From: Octopus bimaculoides
Taxonomy: Eukaryota
Assembly (NCBI RefSeq): GCF_001194135.2
Contig: NC_068991.1
Location: 77,319,817-77,383,816, forward strand
Reading direction: 5' to 3'
Length of the DNA stretch: 64,000 bases
In this document: positions 13,042 to 24,833 of the stretch, one piece after another
Layout: each line of letters begins with the position of its first letter
Position numbering within the stretch: position 1 is the first letter of the stretch
Translations under genes and position numbers: made by a program
The notes under the pieces: model-generated
What the model saw: the letters and a program-made list of their open reading frames with translations, nothing else
Told to the model about the DNA's origin: nothing
Databases searched by the model: none

Positions 13042-15965
13042 TCCCATGCACAAACATGTAATACGTATATTGTTTCCTTACAACATGGCCAGATGTTTCA
13101 ACACTCATTTCTGCAGTAGACAGTTTTTAGTTGTGTGGAAAGTCTGCAAATCATTGAGAAGGAGAGGCCCAAGGAGTTGTTTGTACCTCCTCTCTTGTAC
13201 CTCCTGTGTTAACTTCATGTAGAAATGCAGCCACTTTCCCCCCTTAGAAGTAAAAGTTGAAACATCTGGGCATGTTATAAAGGAAACAAAAAGAGAGACC
13301 CTTTAACATGAATTACATGTACTCTGCAGCAGTCCCTTATTATATTGTCGTTTACTATGATCACCTGGCTGAAATTTTCACTAACTGTGAGTATGTATAT
13401 AGATGTGTGTGTGTGTGTACCTGTGTGTGTGTGTGTGTGTATTTCCACACATATGTGTGTGTGTGTATGTGTGTGTGTGTGCCTTGCATATTTTATAGCT
13501 TGGATATGGTGGCACACTTGATATGAAACAAGCTTTAACCATTAAATGAAATAGACAACAGACTGTTTCTTCAATGGAGAATATTTCATTATTTTCTTGA
13601 ATGTAATTAGTTTTGACTACACTTCTTTGCTCTTTTCATTTGTTATATATAGGGAGAGAAAGAGAGAGAGAGAGAGAAAGAGACACACACACACACACAC
13701 ACACACAACTATATAAATATATATGCATATGTATGTGTTGACGTACATATGCATCCTTTTGCTTATTTCTTCATGGTATTGATAACTGGGTGAATATCTT
13801 CCATTGGTGAATATTACCAAACAGAGAAAGGCTGTATGTTAGTTATTTTAAATTTTTAATGTAAAATCTGGAATTCAGTAAATTAGTGATGCAACAATGA
13901 GTCCAGTGGAAAGTTCATATACAGTTTCAGTATATTCAAAGAGCAAGGTCCCTAAACATTAAATTATTCACTCCCCACAGCAAACAAAGAACTTATTAAA
14001 TTCATCCAGGAACTCTTCTATTAATTATTATTTTTTTTTTTTACTTTATAGTCTTTTACCTGTCTGTCTGTCTGTCCACTCTCTCTCTCTCTCTCTCTCA
14101 CTGCTACCACCCTCATATTTATATCACATTTTGCCATTTTGAATAACAGATAAACTGGACAATGTAATAGTATCTGGTGTATGCATTTGACTTCTATTTC
14201 TAATCTGTTGAGCCTTTATGTACAAGTTCTCTTGCTAAAATGACATTCAAAGAAATAGTGCAGTCAGAATACAGGATGTTGGGCATCATTACATGATTAA
14301 GAAAGATGTTTATATGCTGAACAGTAAAACATACTTAACCCATCCCAAAATAGCTGAAGGAATCAGATGCAACACTTTTAAAACACCCATGATGACACAT
14401 GGAGTAGATGGTCAGACAAAATGGCTCATGGTATTTAGTCTATTCCTTCCAATTCTGCTGGGGTCAGTTTTGCTTCCCATTTCTGCTGAAAAGATAAATA
14501 AGAGCTGAACATGCACTGGAATTTATTCAGTTGACTATTTCCCACTCATACGAGACATTTTGTCCTTTTTTTATGCCTATATACCAAATATACAGGGCAG
14601 AATTTGAAGGAGTGGCTGCAATTTTCGCAGACTGGAAGCTAATCAGGAAAGTTAATAACAGCACTATATGCTTTTTTCTTTCTCAATTTTTATCTTCATT
14701 CTTTCATTGTCTGTGGTCATTAGAACTAGCTGCAAATTCTACCTTTACTTCTCTGTCTGCACGTACAAGTTTGTCTTATAGAATGCTATTATTTATCATT
14801 TACAGACATTGTCTATGATGTGTGTTTGCACCATACATTTTGGACAGAATTTCAAGCGAATATATTTACTAACTTTATTGTGCCTCTTGGTGTATAGAAT
14901 GTAGTTAGCAGTCCTCAATGACCTTAATTCAACGTTCAATCTTCTTTGAGCACTTTTTATTAAATCCTTTCAGTTTTTCAGTAGCAGACTTCGATCCTGG
15001 GCCAATATGAGGAAGCCTTTAGTTGCAGTCTTTGAATTTTTCTTTGCTTGTAACTCTTTTGTTACTATTTTTCTGTTGACAAACAATTTTTCTTTCTATT
15101 AATTCTGAAAACGAGGGAGAATTTTGTAAAATAACTTTGTCATAATTAAACTGAAATTTATAGATTCACTTAAAATTTTGATAGATGGTTTTAATTTAGA
15201 TCCCTTTGGAAGCTAAGGTAGTCTCAGGTAGTCTGATGTCAAAAGGGTTAAACCAGATTTTGTAGTTCTTAGTTATTGTTACTGTGTCTTAAATTATCTC
15301 TGATTGAGCAGAACTATAATCAAATACATTCTAGCCATGACTGTCACACCTGTGTTACATACCCAAGTTTAAATTGCCCAGTGTCTCCTTTCTTTTCCAA
15401 GACAGTAGGAGGTAAGAATTTGAGAAAGGCTTACTGCTATTTCTAGCAGGTTGAGTAGCTAGATAGCAGTATCTTTGTTAGGTAGTTTATGTTGGCTCTT
15501 TCAGTTCTTAAAAAAGACTGACCTTGCAAAGATTTTCTTACCATTCATACAGTAAATTCCTCTGCACTTTTTGTTTTAAATTTCATTTTTATTTTTACCT
15601 TGTTTCTTCTAAGAATTTTCTCTCTTCGTTTTGAACCCCACCTCTTCTAAGCATTTGCTCTATTTGGCATTTCGTCCCTGCTTGAAAGTAAAACAAACAT
15701 TTTTCATGTTCCTTGATAAAGACAAGCAGTCTGTCATTATTTTCTGCTATGGATTTATGCAAACCCAGTGGGTCTCTGTTAGAATAGCTTTTGTAATTGT
15801 AAGGAATCTCCTTCCACTCTCATCCCAAGGTAAATATTGGCTATTACATAGTTTGCCTTTCGGGTGGTCTGTTCTAAATGCTGTCATATATTTCTATCTT
15901 TTTAGTTTCATTAATTTATTTACCTCCCCCGCATTATATTATATTAAAACTATAGCATCGGTACA

Positions 15966-16009
<44 letters not shown>

Positions 16010-16019
16010 TTTAGCTTTA

Positions 16020-16370
16020 GGTCAGCCTTCAGATTGAGAATATGTTTAATCAAACGATATAACTTTGTTGTGGGCACTTGGCTTTCATCAGAGAGAAAAA
16101 AAGTTAAGGTCTTATCACTGGCCACAAAATTGCGTATGAGAATATGGTGATAAAGGGTGGATGTCTGGGGTGGGGTAAGCCAGTCTCTGTGAAGATGTAA
16201 GTAATCTGGGAGATGTACAGTGGGGTAAGAAGCAAAATGTAGGGGGCGTCAGTGATCAAAGCAACATCAAAACATTGGTCAGTTTAAATGGTGAGTGCCT
16301 GGTCGGTGAGGTTGGAGATAAGAGGGATGGTTGGGAAAGGAGGCTAGAGACAACGACAAAGGGATGTATA
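16020..16370 (-). mobile_element. Probable Penelope-like element RT relic
   Basis: Minus-strand peptides PSYLQPHRPGTHHLN and DKTLTFFLSDESQVPTTKLYRLIKHILNL resemble PLE RT segments (PSYI.DT.H.L; AL.FFL….PST.TL.RL.ELVL.LN). Judged by eye, highly degenerate. Confidence 0.4.
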
Positions 16371-16470
16371 CGTGGATGTGGTCATGTTTATATATATATA
16401 TATATATATACATGTATATATGCATATTGTTGTCATCATTTAATGTCCAATGTCCATGCCGGCATGGGTT

Positions 16471-16509
<39 letters not shown>

Positions 16510-16557
16510 CACTCAGATTTATATATATGTGTGTGTATATGTATATGTATGTATATA

Positions 16558-16592
<35 letters not shown>

Positions 16593-17330
16593 NNNNNNNN
16601 NNNNNNNNNNNNNNNNNNNNNNNNNNNNNNNNNNNNNNNNNNNNNNNNNNNNNNNNNNNNNNNNNNNNNNNNNNNNNNNATATATACATGTGTGTGTTGA
16701 TATATATGTATATACACTTACATATATATGTAGATTTGATAACATGACTGCAGATACACAAACACAGAGGAATAGGGAGAGAAGGTGGGAGATAAGATTA
16801 GCTTTCAGGAATGGCCAGAATTGAAGGCAAAATGTGTAGTAGTCTATGACAAGAGAGTAAGGAAGTGGAGAAGAGAGTTGAAGATATGAAATAGAAGAGT
16901 GAGAAACTGCAGCAGATACAAGAACTGAAGTTATATGTATAGACATGCATAAAACAACAGACATGCGCACATATATTTGTTGATTTTTTTTTTTTTTTAA
17001 TCTTGAAACAATGTCACCACTTCTTAGAGAATCTTTTCTAAAATTTTCAAAGTTTGAGCACAAATTCAAAATCATCTCAAAATAATGCATAAAAAAAAAT
17101 TCATAAGTCTGATGCCCACTGGCATGGAAGCTAAAATAGGATTCAAGAAAAGTTATATTGGAAAACCTATAGTTGTAAAAGAGTGGTAGTAGAGTAGGAA
17201 TGTTAGTGTGAGGTACAGAAATGTCAGTTCATGATGATGATGAACTCACTCACTTTCTTTTACTTTCAGTTTTCTTCAGTTTTTTTCTCTCTCCTTCTTA
17301 TTCAATCATACACAGACACACACAAAACCT

Positions 17331-17369
<39 letters not shown>

Positions 17370-17772
17370 CTCTCTAGGGTAACAATGGATAAGTACTATT
17401 TAGAGAAATACCATGGTTAGTTAAATTCCTCATTTAAAATTGTATCTCCAAAATGTTACTGCATGCTTTCGAATTCTATGGGAAGTAGGAAATAATTTGT
17501 TCTTTAACTGTTTCTTTTTTAAATTGTTTATATTTAAAAATACACACATACACTGTCACACGCATTCATACTTTGTGTGTATGTGTGTGTGTGTGTGTGC
17601 ATGTGTGTGTGTGCATGTGCATGTGTGTGAGTGCACATGTGGGCACAGTCTTAATATATTAATTTAATCCCTTCACAAACCTCTGGAGTTCATGGGGCCA
17701 TTAATTCCCTTTGTAATTTTTTTTGTTACCTATTCTCTCTAACTTTCTCTTTTGCTCTTACACACGCGTGTG

Positions 17773-17810
<38 letters not shown>

Positions 17811-17877
17811 CAGACACCTTTTCAACGTACTATTTTTTCTTTATTTTTTAAAATCCTGCTGTTGTTATTACACAATA

Positions 17878-18042
17878 TAGGGCAGCAAACTGACAGAATC
17901 TGAGTTCAAATTCTATCAATGTCGACTTTACCTTTCATCCTTTTAGGGTCAACAAAATAAGTACCAGATGAACACTGGGGTCGATGCAACTGATTTACCC
18001 CCTCCCCCCAAATTGCTGGCCTTGTGCCAAACTTTGAAACCG
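17878..18042 (+). mobile_element. SINE family A with internal deletion
   Basis: GGGCAGCAAACTGACAGAATC directly joined to TGAGTTCAAATTC…GACTTTACCTTTCATCC…GGCCTTGTGCCAAAC. Confidence 0.75.
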
Positions 18043-18860
18043 TTAGAGTGCAATATCAATTCTAAGTAAAGCACGAAATAGAGGAAATAATCAATTTTAA
18101 GATATCCTTACAGAGCCATATTTTTCTTGTCAACTCATTAATTATCTTAAAATTTAGTAAATTCATTATGAATTTGCCTCTTCTTTTAATTATATTAGGA
18201 ATTACCCCTAATATTACGTCTCCATGTAGCCTTCTTCTAAACTTACATCTAGCTTAAATGCTGCATGTTGATTGGTTGTTTCCTTCATGATGTCATATAG
18301 CACAAGGGTGGTTTATTTCTTGTTCCTGTTTCATAGTTTTTAATAATTCTCTTTGAAAAGGTGACTCATTTTTTTTCTTATTGTTTCTTATGTTTTTTTG
18401 TTTAGTTCTGTTAATGACTTCCAGACTAATTTCTGTTTACATCAATCTTCCAAAATGTGTACAAGTTTTGAACCTACTTGCAAATGTACGCCCATGCAAT
18501 TTATATATAAATTATGCATAAATTGATGCAATCTGCATGGGAATTGTCTTCCAATGTTATATATGTACATACTTACATCTATGTTAATAGTAATCCAATT
18601 ACGTGATGTATTTGTGTGGGAGAATTAGTGTTTGAGAGAAGCAAAGGGAGATTGAAGAAGAGAGAGAGAGAGAGAGAGAGAGGAAGAGAAAATGAAAGTA
18701 TTGATTATAAACTAACATTACAAGTCTCATAGCCAGTCATTTATAGTTTCAAATATTGCTAAAAGTGATAATACATTTTGTGTTTTGTTAAGGCAAAATT
18801 ATGCTTCATGAACTGAGATATGTGGGCCACCAGATAACTTATTCTGGTTGCTGTACTCAG

Positions 18861-18939
18861 TCAATCCGAAGAGAAAAGAAGACATAGCAGTCTTTCAAAT
18901 AGGAACAAGTGAAGACATGATCTGCTTTATGACGACAAG
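18861..18939 (+). CDS. Putative internal coding exon of a PH-domain protein (acceptor at 18861, or 18793 with a frameshift)
   Basis: cag|TC AAT CCG…ACG ACA AG|gtaatt encodes xNPKRKEDIAVFQIGTSEDMICFMTT(R). Ends in phase 2, compatible with exon 34601. Confidence 0.55.
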
Positions 18940-19701
18940 GTAATTTGTTGAGTTTACTTAATTGTGAGCAAGTCTGGTCATCAATGGAGAACAAAAGATT
19001 TCCACTGTTTGTAGAAATGAGAGGGAGAGAGTGAGATGGGGTGGGCGGAGTGTGAGAGCTCATGGCATAGGTTGGGGAAGAAAAAAAGATGTGTTCCTGG
19101 GTATTTGAGTGTCATCAAATAATTAGTCCTCTATAAATTAGGGAGTTTGATTAAGGGACTGACTTCAATCAGCATAACTCTGTAAGTTGTTTAGCCCCGT
19201 ATCAATTCTGATGAAGCAAAATCATGATCAAAGACACTCCAGTTATGACCCCATGTCTTTTTTCTTCATACAGGCATCCAGGATTGAATGCGTCCTTCTT
19301 ATTATCAATAATGTCACTTGTGATTTGAGACATTTGGCTACTGTATCAGGCAGATTGAGCAGCAACATTTAGGATGCCTCATTAGCTTACTTTTAAGCTG
19401 TCGTTTATGGAGATAAATGATAAAGATCTGACAAAACTATTATGTATTATTACAAAGTATCTTCAAAAGTTATTCCTATTTGGGTCAAATTTTCAAGATA
19501 GAATATGATCAGTGCTGAGAAAAGATGCAAAGCAGGAAATATGTGGCAAAGATTGTTTGCCAGCATAACATGGCAGTCCTGGTTTAAGACTAATGTTGCT
19601 GTAATTTAGCCCCAGGAGACATCGTCTTCAGTTGGCTATACAACATGATCTGTGTCCTTATATTTTCGAATAAGGGAATGTAGCACCCCCACTCAGCTCA
19701 A

Positions 19702-19762
19702 AACAATATTTGTGTATCGTGATTTCTGGGTTATTTCCCTTCATCAGCACCGAATAATTGTT
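19702..19762 (-). ncRNA. Putative minimal type I hammerhead ribozyme (Penelope-like)
   Basis: Minus strand: AACAAUUAUUCGGUG CUGAUGA A GGG-AAAUAA-CCC A GAAA UC-AC-GAU A↓ CACAAAUAUUGUU. Core CUGAUGA/GAAA/UH is present, stem I is GUG:CAC with an extension, stems II and III are 3 bp. Confidence 0.6.
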
Positions 19763-19840
19763 CGGTTAGAGGTGGTGCTGCCAAATTCCCGTTCGAAATA
19801 TATAGTTTTCACAATGACAACTAGTAACTGATTTATAAAT

Positions 19841-19911
19841 TAGAAGTCATCCAAATCGTCCAACTCATGCTAGCATGGAAAGCGGACGTTAAACGATGAT
19901 GATGATGATGA
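19841..19911 (+). mobile_element. 3' tail fragment of family C / RTE-like element
   Basis: CAAATCGTCCAACTCATGCTAGCATGGAAAGCGGACGTTAAACGATGATGATG. Confidence 0.8.
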
Positions 19912-20844
19912 AAATTACTATTTTTAAATATGTTTCTTTGAATATTCTGCATTGCCATAGACAGGGCGCAGTGGATTAAGCTGCCATGAAGAAATGGTGT
20001 GTCCATCTGAAGATGTCACCTGAGATAGTCAGGTACCTTGTTTAGAGAAGGATGTATCCTTTATCTGGTTAATATCATGAGTTAAGCTCTGACTTTTGAA
20101 AGACACCAGTACTTAAGGAATATTAAGTTATTTTCTTGAGAAGAGATGTTATTGAGGTTTTGAGTGGTTGCTAGTGAAATCAGATCTAGAATGAAACAAG
20201 CTAGTGTCTTGTAGAGTCAGTTCTGGTAATGGTAGAACTGTCTGATATTTGGAGCAAGAGTAGAATGTTTATATGTTTTATAAATATCAAAAAGACATTT
20301 TGGATTAACAACTGGATGTGATTTTTTTATCAGTCCTTCTAATAAAGGGACAAAAAAAAAAGCAAGAAAAAAAAAGCTCATCTATTCCTTGAAATATTCT
20401 GTAAAAGGTAAAAAGGAAGAGATCCCGGTTTGCCTGAGAAAAGGGGTCCATCTTGATGTTGAAGTCTTGATGCAGAGTTAGCGAAGTCTGAATTGCATGC
20501 TGATGGTTTGCATGCTGACCTCTCTCATTGGATTGCATAAGGACAGAAGCATGGCTGACAAATCTCAGCTGTTTGATAGAAATGTGGTGAGAGAAAAAAA
20601 AAAAGTCTTGTTCAATCATAAATATTTATTGTTAGGTTTTGAAAATGTTGTTTTACCTATCCAATTTCAGTCGTGTTCTGCTTATTAATGAAAAGGTTGT
20701 TCTCGGTACTTCTTCACTTCCGGGGAAACTGTCAGTTGAAACAGTTGATATTTCTTGCAATAAGTTTTCCATGTTCTCAATATAAAAATATGCTGCTTTC
20801 AACCTACGACAAATAGCTTGAATCAGTTAACAGTTAAATGAAGG

Positions 20845-21190
20845 TCTGGAGAAAGTTATACATGCTATCTTTGGCTTTTTACATTCTGAGTTCAGATCTT
20901 GTCATGGTCAACTTTGCCTTCCATCTTTTTGGAGTCAATAAAATAAAGTACGTCTCAAGTACTGCGGTTGGTGTAATTGATTAACCCCTCCTTGTGGCAG
21001 AATTTGTAAGTTGACAAAATCAGACGAAATACTTTGCAGCATTTTATCTGGCCCTTTACAAATTTTGAATTGAAATTACATTGAGATCGAATCTGCTTTT
21101 CATCTTCTCAAGGACAAGATCTGGGGTTGGTGTTAGCAATTATCCCCACTTCCCTGGACTTGCTGGCCTTGTGCCAAAATTTAAAACCAT
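20845..21190 (+). mobile_element. Two tandem degenerate family A SINEs
   Basis: Two successive bodies, e.g. TTCTGAGTTCAGATC…CTTTGCCTTCCATC, and a tail GGCCTTGTGCCAAAATT. Confidence 0.65.
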
Positions 21191-21261
21191 TATCATTGTT
21201 GTTGTTGTTGTTGTTGTTGTTATCATTACTATTATTCGGAAGTATTTGGTTCATATTCTAT

Positions 21262-21443
21262 TTCTTTAAACTCTGTGCTTTGCTGAGAAGGTCTAATAAG
21301 GCTGAAACATCTCCAGCCAAAGTTGTCTGTCATACTAGACAAAAGAATTAAACTAATATTAGCTAATAATGTTTTTTCTTCACTACATAATTATTTCTGA
21401 TTAGATATTTAATGCTCATTGCATGAAATATGTTAACACAAAT
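21262..21443 (+). repeat. ~180 bp direct repeat, copy 1 (copy 2 at 23056-23237)
   Basis: Near-identical to 23056-23237, with about 7 differences by manual comparison. Confidence 0.95.
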
Positions 21444-22345
21444 ACACTTTGCTTTTACTGGACCAGTTTAATCAGGACTGTAAGCAACGGAGGAGCAGAA
21501 AACAGCAAAACATTGAACAAATACTTGATAGTATATTAGATTTCTCTCAGTATTCAATGTTCAAATCACTCCAGAGTTTAACTTGCCTGTCATCTTCCAG
21601 GGTTTTGGTCAAGTAAACACCACTATTGTATTGATTCTGATTCAATGAATCATTTTGCCTTTTCTACAAACATGTAACTTTGTACCAATGTGAAGTGGTG
21701 TTTTCATTAGTGGATGAGGTGGGGGCGTAGAACATATCAAAGCAAGACCACAACATGGCTTCAGTCTTTGGTTCAAGTAATCGCACATCATTTATAAAAC
21801 CAATATGTTTTAAACATTATGAATATACCATGATTCTATTAATCCATTCACTAACAATATAGAGACTTGTGTCCACTAAAGAATAATTCCTTATTCTTTT
21901 TATTATTTACCATAAACTACATCTGCATCGATTTTAACTATTATACTCCAAAAGAATAATAATAAAAAATAACTGTTTTCCTTTTAAGTAATATTTGCAA
22001 TCACTGCAATCAATTTAAATATTCATATAATATTTGTATATTTAAACTAAAACCAATCACATAAAGATCTCTATGTAATGATATATATATAAAAAAAATC
22101 TTGCAGGTATAATAACTGCAGAATCCATCAACCAATCAGTGGTGGACAAATTTATTAGCCAATCAGCAGTTGGCAAATTTCACTTAGCAATCAATAACAT
22201 TATAGGTATAGAGCTCAAGGGATTTATGGAAAATGGCCAATAATATCTTTGTGTGTGTGTGTGTGTGCCACAAAAGTAGTAAAAGAACTCAAAATGCTTA
22301 AACTAATAAAATGAAATAATATATATATATATATNNNNNNNNNNA

Positions 22346-22376
<31 letters not shown>

Positions 22377-23055
22377 ATATATATAATGTAACAAATGAAA
22401 TCTCTTTTCTACTCACTGTATAGACTGTAAAAATCCATGCTCTTCCTCTTCTTAAAACAGTTCCTTAATAATTCTCAGCCAAATTGATGCTCAAAGAGTT
22501 TTAAAGTAAGATTCTATTTTTGCAAGGAAGCCATGAAGCACTCGTGTCAGCACTTATTAATGTTATAGATGTACTCAATGGCATAATCAAAAGACTTGAT
22601 GTCTCTGAATCCACAAAACTTCAACGAAAATTTTCTTTCTTTCTTTTCTATTATTTCAATGAAACAATCATTATCATTATAATAAAATTCTTGATTTGCC
22701 ATATTTTTATCTTAAGAAATAAAACATAAAATAAATCAGCAGAAATTGATTTTTAAAAAGAGCATAGAAAAAAAAAAATGAAAGAATAAATTCTAAACTA
22801 GATAAAAAAATTTTGAAATTGTCAAGATTTCATGTATTGTATTTTTTGTTTTAACTTCTACATAGAAACCTCCTTCCTCCAAGATCTAAATTCCGAGAAA
22901 TTTGCAGCTGGTCACAGCAGATTATTGATGAAATGGTTGGCAATTCATATCATGTCATTCATCCTAAGCTGTGTCCTTGGTGAATTCATTTAACTGTTGA
23001 TGGTTTAGTCTGTTTAAATCTACTTACTGTTTCTGTCATCACCACTTCGACAAAT

Positions 23056-23237
23056 TCTTTAAAGTCTGTGCTTTGCTGAGAAGGTCCAATAAGACCGAAA
23101 CATCTTCAGCCAAAGTTGTCTGTCATACTAGACAAAAGAATTGAAACTAATATTAGCTAATAATGTTTTTTCTTCACTACATAATTATTTCTGATTAGAT
23201 ATTTAATACTCATTGCATGAAATATGTTAACACAAAT
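23056..23237 (+). repeat. ~180 bp direct repeat, copy 2, containing a hammerhead-like relic
   Basis: CTTTG CTGAGA A GGTC CAATAA GACC GAAAC ATC… Same sequence as 21262-21443. Confidence 0.95.
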
Positions 23238-23947
23238 TTAAATATTGTCTTTTTCCTTATTTTAGATATCGTTGAGTAATTAACCTCGGTGATTTAATAC
23301 TTTAACATATACTATAAATATATCTATAAACATCTATAAATATGTATCAAAGGGGGTGGGGAAGGGGTAAACAACTCATGCCCATAAGTAGCAGCAGCAG
23401 CAGCAGCAACAGTAGTTGTGTTATATTGATAAATGTATAAATGGACTTTCCGTGTTGAATTTAACTTCTCCTATCACCACCGGATGGAGAGAGATGGACT
23501 CTACCAAGCAAACTTCATGAAACAGTCTCTAGTGATATCTTTATGGTATGCAACGCCAGAGAAAGACCATTTGGTCTGCAATCTTTCTCTCTCCCTCTGT
23601 TTTTCTCCCTCTCTCTCTCTCCCTCTGTTTTTCTCCCTCCCTCTCTCTCTCTTTGTCCTGCTGTCCTTCTTTCTCCCCCTCTCTCTCCCTCTGAACTTCT
23701 TTCTCCTTCTCCACACCCTCTCTTTCTAAGGGATATATGAAACAAGTTAAAGCTGAGTACCGGTACTACAAACAAATTCTCTTTGATTTTAGCCCAAGGC
23801 CAGTAGTTTTGAAGGGAGGGGCAAGTTGATTACATCACGTGGCACTTTATTTTATCAACCCTAAAAGGATGAAAGGTAAAGTGATGTAAATAAGTGAGAA
23901 AAAACCCTGTATATTATAAAGCTATAGTTTAATGTTTTATGCACATA

Positions 23948-24833
23948 CAAGGTCTGATCAATAAGTATTTGGACTGTTGCCATAGTAACGAAGCTAAAGC
24001 ACGCAGAGTGAAGCCGCTTGGCACAGATTGACCTTGACCTCTGCTGTGCATGCGCATAAAGTTTTGACGTTCTAGCTCACTTCCACTATCTACAGCAGTG
24101 CTTGGAAGGAACATGTGTAGCGTGTGATCATCGCATTGACCATGACAGAGAAAGTTGTTATGGCAATACCTACTCAAAGGCCTACGCAAAGTGGCAGAAA
24201 GTGTATGGAGAGGAATGTATGAGCCACACACAAGTGTACGAGTGGTTCAGACGTTTCCAATATGTCTGAAAAATGTCAATATTGACGAATATTCTGGGAA
24301 ACCCGCAACAACCAGTAGAACTGAGAAAAACATCGCAGATGTGCATGCTGCTGTGAGGGGAAATCGTCGAATCACCATCCGTGAGTTATATAAATTTGCA
24401 GATTAGTTATGGTTCAGTTCAGTCCATGACCACTGAAGATTTGGGTATGAGGTGCATGTCTGCCAAGTTTGTGCCAAAACTGCTTTCAGCTGACCAAAAA
24501 GACACTTGGGTTTTCAGTTGCACAAGATCTCCTTGATTGTGTTGAGAATGTTGAAAACTTTGCGTAGGCCTCTGAGCAAGTATCGCCAATCTTTTGGCAA
24601 AAATTTGAAGCAGATTCTCTGCTCAACTTTCTCTGTCATAGTCAATGTGATAATCATGCGCAGCACACCTTCCTTCCAAGCACTGTTGTAAACAACAGAA
24701 GTAAGCTAGAATATTAAAACTTAGTGTGCATGCAGAGCAAAGTTTAAGGTCAATCTGTGCCAAGCAGCTTCATTCTGAATGTTTCAACTTCGTTACTATG
24801 GCAACAGTCCGGATACTTATTGACCAGACCGCA
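23948..24833 (+). mobile_element. Mariner foldback derivative whose 3' half is replaced by an inverted copy of its 5' end
   Basis: TA + CAAGGTCTGATCAATAAGTA…GGACTGTTGCCATAGTAACGAAG at the left and its reverse complement at the right. Forward transposase pieces (…SAKFVPKLLSADQK) run to 24561, then an inverted MTEKVEQRICFKF start and the 5' UTR/TIR follow. Confidence 0.9.

Noticed and set aside
19930-20830. Possible L1/Tx1 endonuclease-like relic on the minus strand (QDFNIKMDP), and a coding-like relic at 42870-44560
   Set aside because: Too degenerate to assign by eye. BLASTx against LINE proteins is needed.
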